Below are positions 43,823 through 53,698 of a DNA stretch of 64,000 bases, piece by piece. This stretch comes from Candidatus Poribacteria bacterium (lineage in GTDB: Bacteria; Poribacteria; WGA-4E; WGA-3G): positions 768,001-832,000 of the forward strand of contig OZ219753.1 of assembly GCA_964291315.2 (NCBI GenBank). The letters run 5' to 3'. Position 1 is the stretch's first letter. Every line of letters starts with the position of its first letter. Made by a program: the position numbers and the translations under genes. The notes under the pieces were generated by a model that was not told the DNA's origin, did not search any database, and saw nothing but the letters and a program-made list of their open reading frames with translations.

Positions 43823-43893
43823 CGTAGCATAGACTGTCTGTGTGTGCCAGATAGGTTTTGGCGTGCGGGCACAATCTAACAGGTGATGCTACG
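43823..43893. repeat. Inverted pair of GTAG-type REP-like elements overlapping the Rpn stop codon
   Basis: CGTAGCATAGACTGTCTGTGTGTGCC...GGCACAATCTAACAGGTGATGCTACG. Confidence 0.5.
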
Positions 43894-44884
43894 AGGCCGA
43901 GGCGTTTCCGTTGGTGTCTCGGTTTGTGTCCAACGCCTCTTGGAATGCTGCGAGACTCGCTGTCTGCAGTGCCTCACGGCGGAGTGCCTTGAGGCGCAGT
44001 AGAGACTGAATACGCCGCAGGGCAGATGCCACCTGTGATAAGGCGCTATCATTGAAACGCAGTTCCAAGATCTCAAGGATGCCTTCTATGAGGCTCTCTC
44101 GGGCACCCCGCTCTATGCCTTGTTCAAGGCCCTCCTCTCTACCGCGTTCTATGCCTTGCTCAAGGCCGCGTTCTATGCCTTGCTGAAGAAAATGTTGAAT
44201 AACCGATGACTCTTGCATGATCGCCTCCATTATCGTCTCACGAATCGACGAATACTCAAATATCAAGCCACTCAATATCGCTAAATCTGTCAAATACTCA
44301 CCTTTTGACGCGCTTTCCACATATACTGACTCCGCAACCGATACGCACCGCCGAAGCCACGCATCGCCCGACGACGCATCTGCCGAGGGACGCATCAACG
44401 GCGTAAACGGGATCAAACCTTTCACACCCGAATCCAGAAAATGAGAACCCTCTATATCATACAGACGGATCACCTTGTAGCCGATGCGCACCTCATACCC
44501 AGGAGCCGATTGGACATACGCCCCCGGATCCCGCCGTCCCGCACGCGGATGCAAGTAGATCACGTGTGAGTAAATCGGCAGTTGAAACTGCTCTATGCCC
44601 CTGCCGATGTAGCCCGCCATCCGATACTGCATCGGCACTGCTCCGCTGTCCCGCGTCTGTATCTCAAGATGCACAATAGCGGTTTCTCCAGCGAGGTTCA
44701 CCTCTATGAAGCTATCGGCTCTGTTTGATTGGACGGTCGGCTGCTCGGTCTCTAAGACGCGGATTGCCTCCACATCCGCTGTGCCGAGGGCGAACTCTAT
44801 CCAGTCCTGTGGGTTTTGATGGATAATCGCTTTTGAGACGGTATCGTATTGGCTGTGCCGCTTAGATTCTTGTTGATCTCGCAT
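43889..44884 (-). CDS. Rpn/YhgA-like recombination-promoting nuclease (putative transposase)
   Basis: YD..K, RADS, HLEIQ (PD-(D/E)XQ type), MQYRM; EQGIERG repeats near the C-terminus. Confidence 0.82.
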   Translation of the reverse strand: MRDQQESKRHSQYDTVSKAIIHQNPQDWIEFALGTADVEAIRVLETEQPTVQSNRADSFIEVNLAGETAIVHLEIQTRDSGAVPMQYRMAGYIGRGIEQFQLPIYSHVIYLHPRAGRRDPGAYVQSAPGYEVRIGYKVIRLYDIEGSHFLDSGVKGLIPFTPLMRPSADASSGDAWLRRCVSVAESVYVESASKGEYLTDLAILSGLIFEYSSIRETIMEAIMQESSVIQHFLQQGIERGLEQGIERGREEGLEQGIERGARESLIEGILEILELRFNDSALSQVASALRRIQSLLRLKALRREALQTASLAAFQEALDTNRDTNGNASAS

Positions 44885-45164
44885 AGTGGCTGCACTGGCT
44901 GAATGCTAGTAATGCTTGTGCGCTCCGTTTCGGTGTTATTAGTTATCATTAGAGAGTTAATCGTATAGTCTACCACATATGGACTGCGGAAGTCAAATCG
45001 AAAACAAAATATCTTTATGGCAAAGTATAGCAGATATAACCGGAAAAATCACACCGATATTCGCTCTCTTAAGGAAGTGTGTATCAAACTCCGGTTATTA
45101 TATTATTATACCAAAGGGGTTCTCTTTGGGGAAAGAAAAGAGTGAACTATTTATCAAACTCCCG

Positions 45165-46325
45165 TTATGTCAGAGTTGTTACGACACCGAATCCGATTCG
45201 GATGCCCATTTTCTTCACCTCAAACCGAGTGCCGATCTCCATCACCAGGGGCGTGTCAAGTTCGACTTTGACATGTGCGTAAGTGCCTGGTGTGATGAGT
45301 GAAAGTTCAGGTGGGAGGTGGAGGCGTGATGGTATATCAACACTCCATAGGTGTATGTGGGGTCTATCGTTTTCGATAAGCGGTATATGTGTGCCGCTCT
45401 CTTCAGATGTCAGTAGATAGATGAGTGCGTTAAACTCAGAGTGGGATTTGAGGGTTTTGGGTGTACAAAGTACCTGCCCGATGGACAGCCAGCCGGGTTC
45501 AGATTCGACGGATACTTCGTCTTCTTTAATACCGGTAACCCGCGTTTTGATTCTGTCCCCGTTACCGACAACGTCTACTGCTTGTCCGACGGCGAGTTGT
45601 CCGTGTATAATTTCGCCCCGGACAGATACGTAGTGTTTTGTTTCCTCGGTAATCTCATAAATTGGCATGATAAGGGGTAAGCGTTGTCTGTTCACAGGTG
45701 GTGGCATTGTGCTATTCATGGTGGCGATCAGGTCAACGATCGGTTGCCATTGATCAGAAGTAATCTTATCTTTTTTATAGTTTAGTGCCTTACGTGCGTC
45801 CCCGACGACGATAGGTGCTATTTTTTTTGTTTCTCCATAGGTATTTAAGAGTTCATTCATCTCTTGTTTGCAGATGTCCACGATTTCGTCGTCTCCGGGA
45901 AGTCCTGCTGTATTAAGAAAAGAGATTATCTGTGGTAGGTTCAGCTGTTTGGCGAGTTGGAGATGTGCTTCGGAGTCGGGTGTGACACCCTGAATAGCGT
46001 TGACTACCCAGATTGCTGCGTGGATTTTCGGAGAGCCGCTGATCAGCATTTTGACAATATCAGTGGACGTTTCGCAGTCGATTTGTGTATAAAATTTGCC
46101 GCTGGTTTCATAGGCGATGGCGCGGTAGGTGATGCCGACGCCCTCTCGGATTGGGTGATGAGTTGGGTTCTGTGCGTTAAAATCGGTGTCTCTGTCTGTG
46201 TGGATTGCTCCGATTCTTGCGATAACTTTCGTCATTGCCGCGGTCAGCGTTGTTTTACCGTGTCCATCTGCGCCGAGGGTACAGATGGGCAGTCTGTTAT
46301 GTGTATATTGGTTTTTTTCTGTCAT
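45165..46325 (-). CDS. Divergent EF-Tu paralog with degenerate GTPase motifs
   Basis: Collinear with EF-Tu over three domains (GHGKTTLTAA, YET, IDC, GQVL..P, Y.L..EE.G.H.P, PG, GTRF, G.GVV), but G2, G3 and G4 are altered. Confidence 0.85.
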   Translation of the reverse strand: MTEKNQYTHNRLPICTLGADGHGKTTLTAAMTKVIARIGAIHTDRDTDFNAQNPTHHPIREGVGITYRAIAYETSGKFYTQIDCETSTDIVKMLISGSPKIHAAIWVVNAIQGVTPDSEAHLQLAKQLNLPQIISFLNTAGLPGDDEIVDICKQEMNELLNTYGETKKIAPIVVGDARKALNYKKDKITSDQWQPIVDLIATMNSTMPPPVNRQRLPLIMPIYEITEETKHYVSVRGEIIHGQLAVGQAVDVVGNGDRIKTRVTGIKEDEVSVESEPGWLSIGQVLCTPKTLKSHSEFNALIYLLTSEESGTHIPLIENDRPHIHLWSVDIPSRLHLPPELSLITPGTYAHVKVELDTPLVMEIGTRFEVKKMGIRIGFGVVTTLT

Positions 46326-46620
46326 TTTTTTTCTCCTGTTACGTGGAATTTTTCACTTGAGGAATGGTTCACATTATAGCAAAAAGTTGGCAATCGTGCA
46401 ATGCAGAAAAACTTGCGAAACGCTGAGAGGCATGCTAAACTATTTTCGTTATTGAATCCGTGCTGCCATGTCATTGGCAGGGAGTGTTTCGACTGTTAGG
46501 GATTCTCCATGCTCCAGAGTGGTTGAGCGTAATCATGAACCACCGTGAATCAGGTTACTTATGGGTGGGTGTACTGAAAAACTTTGTGGAAGGTTGAGCA
46601 GGTGTGCCTGTTAGGGGAAA

Positions 46621-47127
46621 ATGTCAAGTCAAAAAATTTATGGCCGCGGCCGACTTGCGTGTATTCTTGAGTGCGCGAAATCAGAGGGTGCGGTTATTGT
46701 TACGACTAACGGCTGTTTTGATGTGTTGCATTTAGGGCATCTCCGCTACCTGGAAGCAGCGCGTCGACTCGGTGATTTGCTTGTGGTGGCGGTTAATAGT
46801 GACAGCTCGGTTCGTCGGCTTAAAGGCGAAAATCGTCCACTTGTTCCTGAGGCGGAGCGTGCGGAGATGCTTGCTGGTTTGGCGTGTGTCAGTTATGTCG
46901 TCATCTTTCCGGAGTTAACGCCGGTCGATCTGCTTTCTGAGCTCAAGCCGGATGTCCACGTTAAAGGTGGGGATTATAGAGTGGAGCAGCTGGTTGAAAA
47001 GGATATCGTTGAAGCAAACGGTGGTAAGGTTATTGTTGGTTTGAACGTTCCTGGTAAATCGACAACCAACCTTATCGAAGTGATACGTGAACGGTATAGA
47101 GACACGAGTCTTGAAGAGGCGTTGTAA
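46621..47127 (+). CDS. rfaE2: D-glycero-beta-D-manno-heptose 1-phosphate adenylyltransferase (HldE domain II)
   Basis: TNGCFDVLHLGH, VNSDSSVRRLKG..RP, KGGDY, STT. Confidence 0.9.
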   Translation: MSSQKIYGRGRLACILECAKSEGAVIVTTNGCFDVLHLGHLRYLEAARRLGDLLVVAVNSDSSVRRLKGENRPLVPEAERAEMLAGLACVSYVVIFPELTPVDLLSELKPDVHVKGGDYRVEQLVEKDIVEANGGKVIVGLNVPGKSTTNLIEVIRERYRDTSLEEAL

Positions 47128-47163
47128 TGCGGTTTTAGTAGACTGAGGAGGCACCTGTAGTAG

Positions 47164-48534
47164 ATGCAGATAGACTATTCTTTTGGTATTGCTGACCTGA
47201 AGTCTCAGATTGAGAATCTTTTTGAATGTTCAGGTCGAAAGATTTTAGCGATTGAGGACACGTGGTCGCCTGAGAGGGGCACGCCGGTGTTCACTGTTGC
47301 GGGTACGTATACGACCCGTGGTTGGACGGAGTGGACACAAGGTTTCCAATTTGGTTCAGCTATTCTTCAATTTGATGCTACAGGTGATGAGCGGTTCCTT
47401 GAAATCGGTAGGCGGAACACGATTGAAAAAATGGCCCCGCATGTCACACACATGGGTGTGCATGACCATGGTTTTAACAATGTTTCAACTTACGGTAACC
47501 TCCGTCGCCTGATGCGGGAGAGATTGATTCCGTGGGATGGCAGCGAGATGGATTTCTATGAGCTGGCGCTAAAGGCTTCCGCTGCTGTGCAGGCGAGTCG
47601 GTGGACTCGGATTAGAGATGGAATGGGATATATTGCCTCCTTTAATGGTGGGCATTCGCTTTTTTCAGACACTATCCGTTCTTTACGGGCGTTGGCGCTG
47701 GGCCATACGCTTGGTGCAGTGCTTATGGGTGAAGGAGATGTTGCCATTAGTCTCTTGGAGCGTCTGCTCCAGCATTCACAGACGACAGCAGCGTACAATG
47801 TCTACTATGGTGAGGGGCGTGATGTTTTTGATTTGCGTGGACGGGTGGTGCATGAATCTATCTTCAATACGGCCGATGGCAACTATCGTTGTCCGAGTAC
47901 GCAGCAGGGCTATTCACCTTTTACGACTTGGACGCGTGGTTTGGCCTGGATCATCACGGGCTATGCCGAGCAGCTGGAATTTTTTGACACACTTTCTGGA
48001 GAAGACCTTGAGCCTTACGGTGGGTATGCGCTTGCAACGGCGCACATGCGCAAAGCTGCGGAAGCTACTGCTGATTTTTACATTGAGAATACCGCGCAGG
48101 ACGGGATTCCGTATTGGGATACGGGTGCCCCTGGGTTAGCGAAGCTGGGTGATTATTTGTCTGTGCCTGCGGATCCGTTTAACGACCTTGAACCGGTGGA
48201 TAGCTCTGCCGCAGCGATCGCTGCACAAGGGTTGATTCGTCTCGGTAATTACCTCCAAAAACATGGTGAATCAGACGCAGGAGCTTCCTATTACCAAGCT
48301 GGGTTAACAGTAGCGAGGACTCTTTTCGCTGAACCGTATCTGTCTGAATCTGCGGCAGATCAGGGGTTATTGTTGCATTCGGTGTATCATCGTCCGAATG
48401 GCTGGGATTATGTGCCGGAGGGTCGGAAGATTCCGTGTGGTGAGGCTTCTATGTGGGGGGATTACCATGCTCGCGAACTTGCGGTGCTGTTATGGCGGGA
48501 GATAACTGGTAGGCCGTATTTGACGTTTTTCTAG
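47164..48534 (+). CDS. Glycoside hydrolase family 88-like protein
   Basis: WTQGF, HDHGF, QGYS..TTWTRGLAW, PYWD, DSSAAAIAA, WGDY. Confidence 0.85.
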   Translation: MQIDYSFGIADLKSQIENLFECSGRKILAIEDTWSPERGTPVFTVAGTYTTRGWTEWTQGFQFGSAILQFDATGDERFLEIGRRNTIEKMAPHVTHMGVHDHGFNNVSTYGNLRRLMRERLIPWDGSEMDFYELALKASAAVQASRWTRIRDGMGYIASFNGGHSLFSDTIRSLRALALGHTLGAVLMGEGDVAISLLERLLQHSQTTAAYNVYYGEGRDVFDLRGRVVHESIFNTADGNYRCPSTQQGYSPFTTWTRGLAWIITGYAEQLEFFDTLSGEDLEPYGGYALATAHMRKAAEATADFYIENTAQDGIPYWDTGAPGLAKLGDYLSVPADPFNDLEPVDSSAAAIAAQGLIRLGNYLQKHGESDAGASYYQAGLTVARTLFAEPYLSESAADQGLLLHSVYHRPNGWDYVPEGRKIPCGEASMWGDYHARELAVLLWREITGRPYLTFF

Positions 48535-48542
48535 CGTGGGCG

Positions 48543-48606
48543 TTCTTCCTTCCTGATATTCTTCATCTTTGACGTTCTTCATTTTTGGCATTCTTCATGC
48601 TTGGAT
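48543..48606. repeat. Four degenerate 16-bp tandem repeats between convergent genes
   Basis: TTCTTC starts at 48543, 48559, 48575 and 48591. Confidence 0.55.
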
Positions 48607-48609
48607 TCG

Positions 48610-49569
48610 CTATTCTCTGACGTGTTCAACTTGTCCAGTTTCCAATGATCGATTCGCAGCGAGTGTGACGGCAAGCGTCTTGACGGCGTCGGCGTAGGAA
48701 GAAAGGACTCTGTCTGGTTCGTTTGCCTCGACGGTTTTGATGAACTGCTCAACCTGCCGGAAGTATCCTGCTTCTGTGCCGGTATAGTCGATTGATTCTT
48801 CGCCGATTTGTCCTTGCAATTTGAGATCGTGTGTGAGTTTGAGATAGAGGGTATCGCCTACTAGTTCGGTTGCGAAGTTGTCATGTGCGCGGGCGATGCA
48901 TGTGCTGGTGATGCTTCCGACTGCTCCGTTCTCAAACTGCATATTGCAAACGGTGCATTCCTCAAAGTCTGCGATACCTTTGGAGACTCTCTTAATACCG
49001 TATGCGTGAACATTGGCTACGTCGCCGAGAAAATAGCGGATGAGGTCGAAAACGTGTGTTGTCTGTTCTACGATTTGTCCGCGCGATACCTGGTATTTTC
49101 CCCACCATGGATGGTTAGTCCCCATACGGGTGAGAAACCGTCCGATTCCCATAGCGAGTTGTTGTTCTCCGACTAACGCCTTTGCTTTTGCTGTGATGTC
49201 GCTGTATCGTGCCATGTAGCCGACTTGAGTGATGACTCCTGCGGTGTCAATTACCTCGCGGGTGCGTTGTGCGGTTTCCAAATCTGGTGCAACGGGTTTA
49301 GCGACAAAGAGGGCGGTGCCGGATGTTGCTGCGTCAGCAACTTGGGTGGTATGTGCGCCTGGTGGAATGCAGATGAACACGACATCTGGTTTTTCTTTGT
49401 GTAGCATCTCATTGGGGTTGGTGTATGGGTTTGCTTTTTCTTGAGCGGCGGTAGCTGCGGCGCGTTCAGGGTTTATGTCGCAGACTGCGGCGATGGGACG
49501 TTGAAGTTGCCTCAGGCTTTGGCGGTAATTTCTGGCGATGCCGCCGGCACCGATAAAGGTAATTTTCAT
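48610..49569 (-). CDS. Gfo/Idh/MocA family oxidoreductase
   Basis: FIGAGGIA, IPPGAH, AKP (EKP variant), EQTTHVFD. Confidence 0.9.
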   Translation of the reverse strand: MKITFIGAGGIARNYRQSLRQLQRPIAAVCDINPERAAATAAQEKANPYTNPNEMLHKEKPDVVFICIPPGAHTTQVADAATSGTALFVAKPVAPDLETAQRTREVIDTAGVITQVGYMARYSDITAKAKALVGEQQLAMGIGRFLTRMGTNHPWWGKYQVSRGQIVEQTTHVFDLIRYFLGDVANVHAYGIKRVSKGIADFEECTVCNMQFENGAVGSITSTCIARAHDNFATELVGDTLYLKLTHDLKLQGQIGEESIDYTGTEAGYFRQVEQFIKTVEANEPDRVLSSYADAVKTLAVTLAANRSLETGQVEHVRE

Positions 49570-49642
49570 ATTTCTGTTCCTATTTTTTTGAGTGTAGAAG
49601 CGAGATTGATTGGGATTCAGGCATTTGGCTTCGGTGCTTTGG

Positions 49643-52600
49643 TTAATCGTCAGCGGGGGTTGCGGATGCGAACAAATCCTCGTCTGAGATGGTTCGGAAA
49701 CGTTCTTCTGGATTTCTCAGGAAGAGTTTTCGTATATCTGTTGTGATTGCGTAGAGGGCGGGCATGACGAGTAGGGTCATCGTTGTTGCGAAGGAAAGTC
49801 CGAAGATAATTGTATATGCCATGGGCATCCAGATCGGTGATTTGCCACCCAAGCCAATGGCCATGGGGATGAGTCCAAAGATCGTGGTCAGTGAGGTAAG
49901 GATGATGGGCCGCAATCGGATGCTTCCGCCTTTCAGAATTGCGTACCATTTGTTATAGCCTCTTTCGCGGTATTTGTTGATAAAGTCGATAAGAACGATG
50001 GAATCATTGACGACAACTCCGGAGAGTGCGACGATACCAAACATTGCGATGATGCTAAGTGTTGCGTTGGAAAGGAGGAGTCCTACCATGGCGCCTATCA
50101 TTCCGAATGGGACGGCAAACATGATGATAATTGGTTGTAGGAACGATTTGAATTGTGCGCCTAGTACGACGTAGATTAGGAGGAGTCCAACAACGAATAG
50201 TTTCCAGAGCTCGGAGAAGGATTCTATGATTTCGTCAAAGATTCCTCGGAAGTCGAGCTGGTATCCTGGGTAGAGTGCTTCTACATCGGTGAAAGCGCTA
50301 ATGAGTGTCTGATTCACTTTAAAAGCGGTTGTTTTGGTGGTGTCTACGGAGGCGTAAACTGTGATGGCTCGTTCTCCGTCGAATCGGCGAATATCGGAGT
50401 ATCCCTTTTCTTCTGTAATATCGGCGACGTCTTTGAGTGGGACAATCGCCCCGGTGGGGGTTGCGATTAAGAGGTTACTCAGCTGTGTGAGGTTTGCAAG
50501 GTTATCTTCCTGATATTTGACTACAACATCAATTGCTTCGTCTGCTTCGCGATAGGTTGTGGCCTTAGCTCCTTCAATAGCAGTGCGCACTGTTTGTGCG
50601 ACTTGGAATGTAGTTAGCCCGTATTGATGTGCTTTTTCCGGTTTTAGGTAGATCCGGAGTTCGGATTTTCCTGTCCGAAAGTCATCGCGGATGTCGTAAA
50701 CCCCGTCTATCTGAAGGAGCGCTGCTTTAAGGACCTCGGAGAGTTCTGTGAGTTGATTGAACCTTGGTCCTTTTACCTTGACTTCAACGTCTGCGCCTTG
50801 TGGTGGTCCGCCTTCTTGTGTGATGAAATTCAGTTGTTCGATTCCACTGACTGTTGCGGTTTTGGTTCTCAGTTCTGCGATGATGTCATCAACGCTGCGT
50901 TTCCGTTTTTGCTTTGGTTCGAGTTCGATAATAACTTCTCCGAAATTTGAGCCGTAGGAAACACCTTCAAACAACCCGGAAGTAGGTGTATGTAGTCCGA
51001 TGTTGCTGACGATTGCTGCGACTTCACTTGAGGGCAGCGTTTTCGCGGCAGTTTCGATTTGGGCGATTACAGCGGTTGTCTCTTGGATGCCGTAGGAGGG
51101 TGGCATTTCGGCTTTGACATAAAATTGTGGAAAATCTTCTCCGGGGAAAAGTTCCTTGTCGAGCACTACAAATGCGCTAACGCATGCAACTAAGCCGATA
51201 AGGAGTACAGATCCGACAAAGGCGTATCGGTGTCGGATTGTCATTTTCAAAATTCTAACGTATCGGTTTCGGATGCGGTCAAACACGGTGCCAAATCCAT
51301 GTAAAAAGGCGACGATGGCGGCACTTAAGGTAGCGGTATTCGTAGGGTTGTTTTGGTTTCCCTGAGGTCTAGTGTTTGGGTTTCGGTGTTTTGGTTTCCC
51401 CCATTCTGCGACGTGTGCGGGTAAGATGGCGAAGACTTCGAATAGCGATGCCACGAGGACGAGGATAGCCATAATTGGGACGACTCGCATGAACTGACCA
51501 GAAACACCGGACATGAACATTAAGGGTCCAAAAGCACAGATCGTCGTTAAGCTTGCTGCGAGAACTGGCCAGCCGACTTCCTCTGCTCCGCGTATTGCGG
51601 CGACCTTTGGTGATGCGCCTAATTCGATATGTCGGTAGATATTTTCCACAACGACGATAGCGTCGTCTACAACGATGCCGACTACCAAAATGAGCCCAAA
51701 CAAGGAAACGCCGCTGAGTGTGTATCCTCCGAGGAACATGAAGCAAAATGTTGCCATGAATGCGACGGGTATGCCTAGTGCGGCGAACATTGCGTTTCGC
51801 CACCCGATAAAGAGGAAGAGCATTAGTACGACGAGCGCTAAACCGAAGAGTGCGTTTGTTTCAAGTATTCCCAATCTTTCCTTGAGTATAACGGAGTAGT
51901 CGTTAACAGCGGTTAGCTGTGCTCCTTCGGGCAGGTCGGTTTTTCGTTTTTTTACGAGTTCGCGGAGTTGAGCAACTAGGGCGATTGTATTTCCTTCGGT
52001 CTTTTTTTGAACGCTCAAACTAATAGAAGGTTCGCCGTTAATTCGTGAGAGGGTTCGCGGGTCTTCGTAAGTGTCTGAAATGGTTGCAACGTCCTTTAGT
52101 CGTAAGGGAGTACCTGTGGGTTGAACGGCGACAATGGTTTCCGCGATTGCGTCGGGGTCTGCAAATTCGCCCATTGTGCGCACCATGAATTCGGTGTTTC
52201 CGAGTTCCATTGTGCCTGCAGGCAGGTTCAAGTTGCTGGCACCGAGTACAGCGACGACATTTGCGATTGGGATCTGATAGGCCCTCAATCGATCAGGGTC
52301 CATCTCAATCCAGATTTCCCTTTCACGGAGTCCTGCTATCCGGACAGATGCAATGTTTTTGATGTCTAAGATTTCATCTTTGAGGTTTTCGGCAATAGTC
52401 CGCATCTGTCGTTCGGAAATGTCTCCGCCAACAACGATTGTCAACATAGGGAATCCGGATGAGACATCGAGTTCTTCGACGATAGGGTCGTCTAAAATTT
52501 CTTCGGGTAATTCGTCTACTCGTTCGACAGCGGTGCGTAGGTTTTCGATTTCCTTGTCGTAATCTCGGTTCCCCATTTCTTCAAAATCGACCGAGATCAC

Positions 52601-52870
52601 GGATCGTCCTTCTGAAGAGATAGAGAGCAATAGGTTGATTTTCCCGACGTTTTCTTCAATAGCGTCTTCGATAGGGGCAGTGACGAGTTTTTCAACTTCT
52701 TCTGGGGAGGCGCCTGGGTATAGGGTTGTGACGGTTGCGCTCTGTAGTTCGATTTCTGGTGTGAGTTCTCGTGGCAGGTTTATCCATGCGTAGACCCCAA
52801 AAACGGTGATGATAATCATCAACATGTTTGCTAAAACAGGGTTATTCACGGATATTTTCGGAATGGACAT
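49643..52870 (-). CDS. RND efflux permease (AcrB/AcrD/AcrF family)
   Basis: YPGASPEEVE, GIVVDDAIVVVENI, GVVVNDSIVL, RLRPIILTSLTT; AAGGAG RBS. Confidence 0.93.
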   Translation of the reverse strand: MSIPKISVNNPVLANMLMIIITVFGVYAWINLPRELTPEIELQSATVTTLYPGASPEEVEKLVTAPIEDAIEENVGKINLLLSISSEGRSVISVDFEEMGNRDYDKEIENLRTAVERVDELPEEILDDPIVEELDVSSGFPMLTIVVGGDISERQMRTIAENLKDEILDIKNIASVRIAGLREREIWIEMDPDRLRAYQIPIANVVAVLGASNLNLPAGTMELGNTEFMVRTMGEFADPDAIAETIVAVQPTGTPLRLKDVATISDTYEDPRTLSRINGEPSISLSVQKKTEGNTIALVAQLRELVKKRKTDLPEGAQLTAVNDYSVILKERLGILETNALFGLALVVLMLFLFIGWRNAMFAALGIPVAFMATFCFMFLGGYTLSGVSLFGLILVVGIVVDDAIVVVENIYRHIELGASPKVAAIRGAEEVGWPVLAASLTTICAFGPLMFMSGVSGQFMRVVPIMAILVLVASLFEVFAILPAHVAEWGKPKHRNPNTRPQGNQNNPTNTATLSAAIVAFLHGFGTVFDRIRNRYVRILKMTIRHRYAFVGSVLLIGLVACVSAFVVLDKELFPGEDFPQFYVKAEMPPSYGIQETTAVIAQIETAAKTLPSSEVAAIVSNIGLHTPTSGLFEGVSYGSNFGEVIIELEPKQKRKRSVDDIIAELRTKTATVSGIEQLNFITQEGGPPQGADVEVKVKGPRFNQLTELSEVLKAALLQIDGVYDIRDDFRTGKSELRIYLKPEKAHQYGLTTFQVAQTVRTAIEGAKATTYREADEAIDVVVKYQEDNLANLTQLSNLLIATPTGAIVPLKDVADITEEKGYSDIRRFDGERAITVYASVDTTKTTAFKVNQTLISAFTDVEALYPGYQLDFRGIFDEIIESFSELWKLFVVGLLLIYVVLGAQFKSFLQPIIIMFAVPFGMIGAMVGLLLSNATLSIIAMFGIVALSGVVVNDSIVLIDFINKYRERGYNKWYAILKGGSIRLRPIILTSLTTIFGLIPMAIGLGGKSPIWMPMAYTIIFGLSFATTMTLLVMPALYAITTDIRKLFLRNPEERFRTISDEDLFASATPADD

Positions 52871-52918
52871 GAGGGTAGAAGGTCTCCTTCTTTTTTGTAG
52901 TCTAACGGGAGTTCTGGG

Positions 52919-53698
52919 TTACCGATTTACTTTGAGGTCTGCCCATGTGACTGCCAATTTTCCTGTTGGTTCAACGTTTAATCCGCCCAGGGCATCTGCT
53001 AGTCCGTGTTCTATGATGGTCATTATGTCGTCTTCGGTGAGTACTGTGTTGAAGATAGCGGCTTCGTCAATAATACCGACGAAGTATGATCCGTCGCCCC
53101 ATCTCCCGATTTCGACGGGGTTTAGTGTAGCGGCGGTTTTTCCTGGGCGTGTGCTGGTGCCTGCTTTTTCCCCGTTTACATAGACGGTGAGTTGTTCGTT
53201 TTTTTCGTTGGCGTTGTAAGTTGCGGCGAAGTGGGTCCAGGTGTCTTCGTCTGGGACGTTTGCAGAGGCTCTGGGTTCCCAGCTGCCGCCTGGTTTAACA
53301 AATGCGGACATTTTATTGCCTTCTTGGGGTGGGTCGATGCGCAAGAGATATTCGTCACTTTTAGCGATGATTTGTCTCCATGTGGAAATATCGGTGGCGT
53401 AGAACCAAGCTAGCATGGTGAGTTCTTCGCCGAGTTGCAGTTGTGGTGTTGATTCGATTGACACCCATTGTGCGCCGTCAAATTCGAGTGCTTTTCCGAT
53501 TTTCCCGTCTTTCCACTTGGCTCCATTGATTGTGCCTTCGTGTCCGAGTCCTGAAGAATCTTTGGTTGTTTTGCCGGTGCCTTCATCGAGGAGCCAGACG
53601 CCGACGGCTGTTTCTGGGTCAATTTTAGCGTGGCAGATTTGTCCGGGTGTTGAAGCGATGTAACAGATGATTCCTAGAGCTAATATTGATTTTCGCAT
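52919..53698 (-). CDS. Secreted LamG-like jellyroll protein with C-terminal 'KLAxTWxxLK' motif
   Basis: WLLDEG.G..TKDSSG, GKIGKALEFDG, WTHFAATY, F.GIIDE; ends VEPTGKLAVTWADLKVNR. Confidence 0.88.
   Translation of the reverse strand: MRKSILALGIICYIASTPGQICHAKIDPETAVGVWLLDEGTGKTTKDSSGLGHEGTINGAKWKDGKIGKALEFDGAQWVSIESTPQLQLGEELTMLAWFYATDISTWRQIIAKSDEYLLRIDPPQEGNKMSAFVKPGGSWEPRASANVPDEDTWTHFAATYNANEKNEQLTVYVNGEKAGTSTRPGKTAATLNPVEIGRWGDGSYFVGIIDEAAIFNTVLTEDDIMTIIEHGLADALGGLNVEPTGKLAVTWADLKVNR

Noticed and set aside
45165-46325. Calling the gene tuf or selB
   Set aside because: Essential G motifs are lost and there is no SelB C-terminal winged-helix extension.
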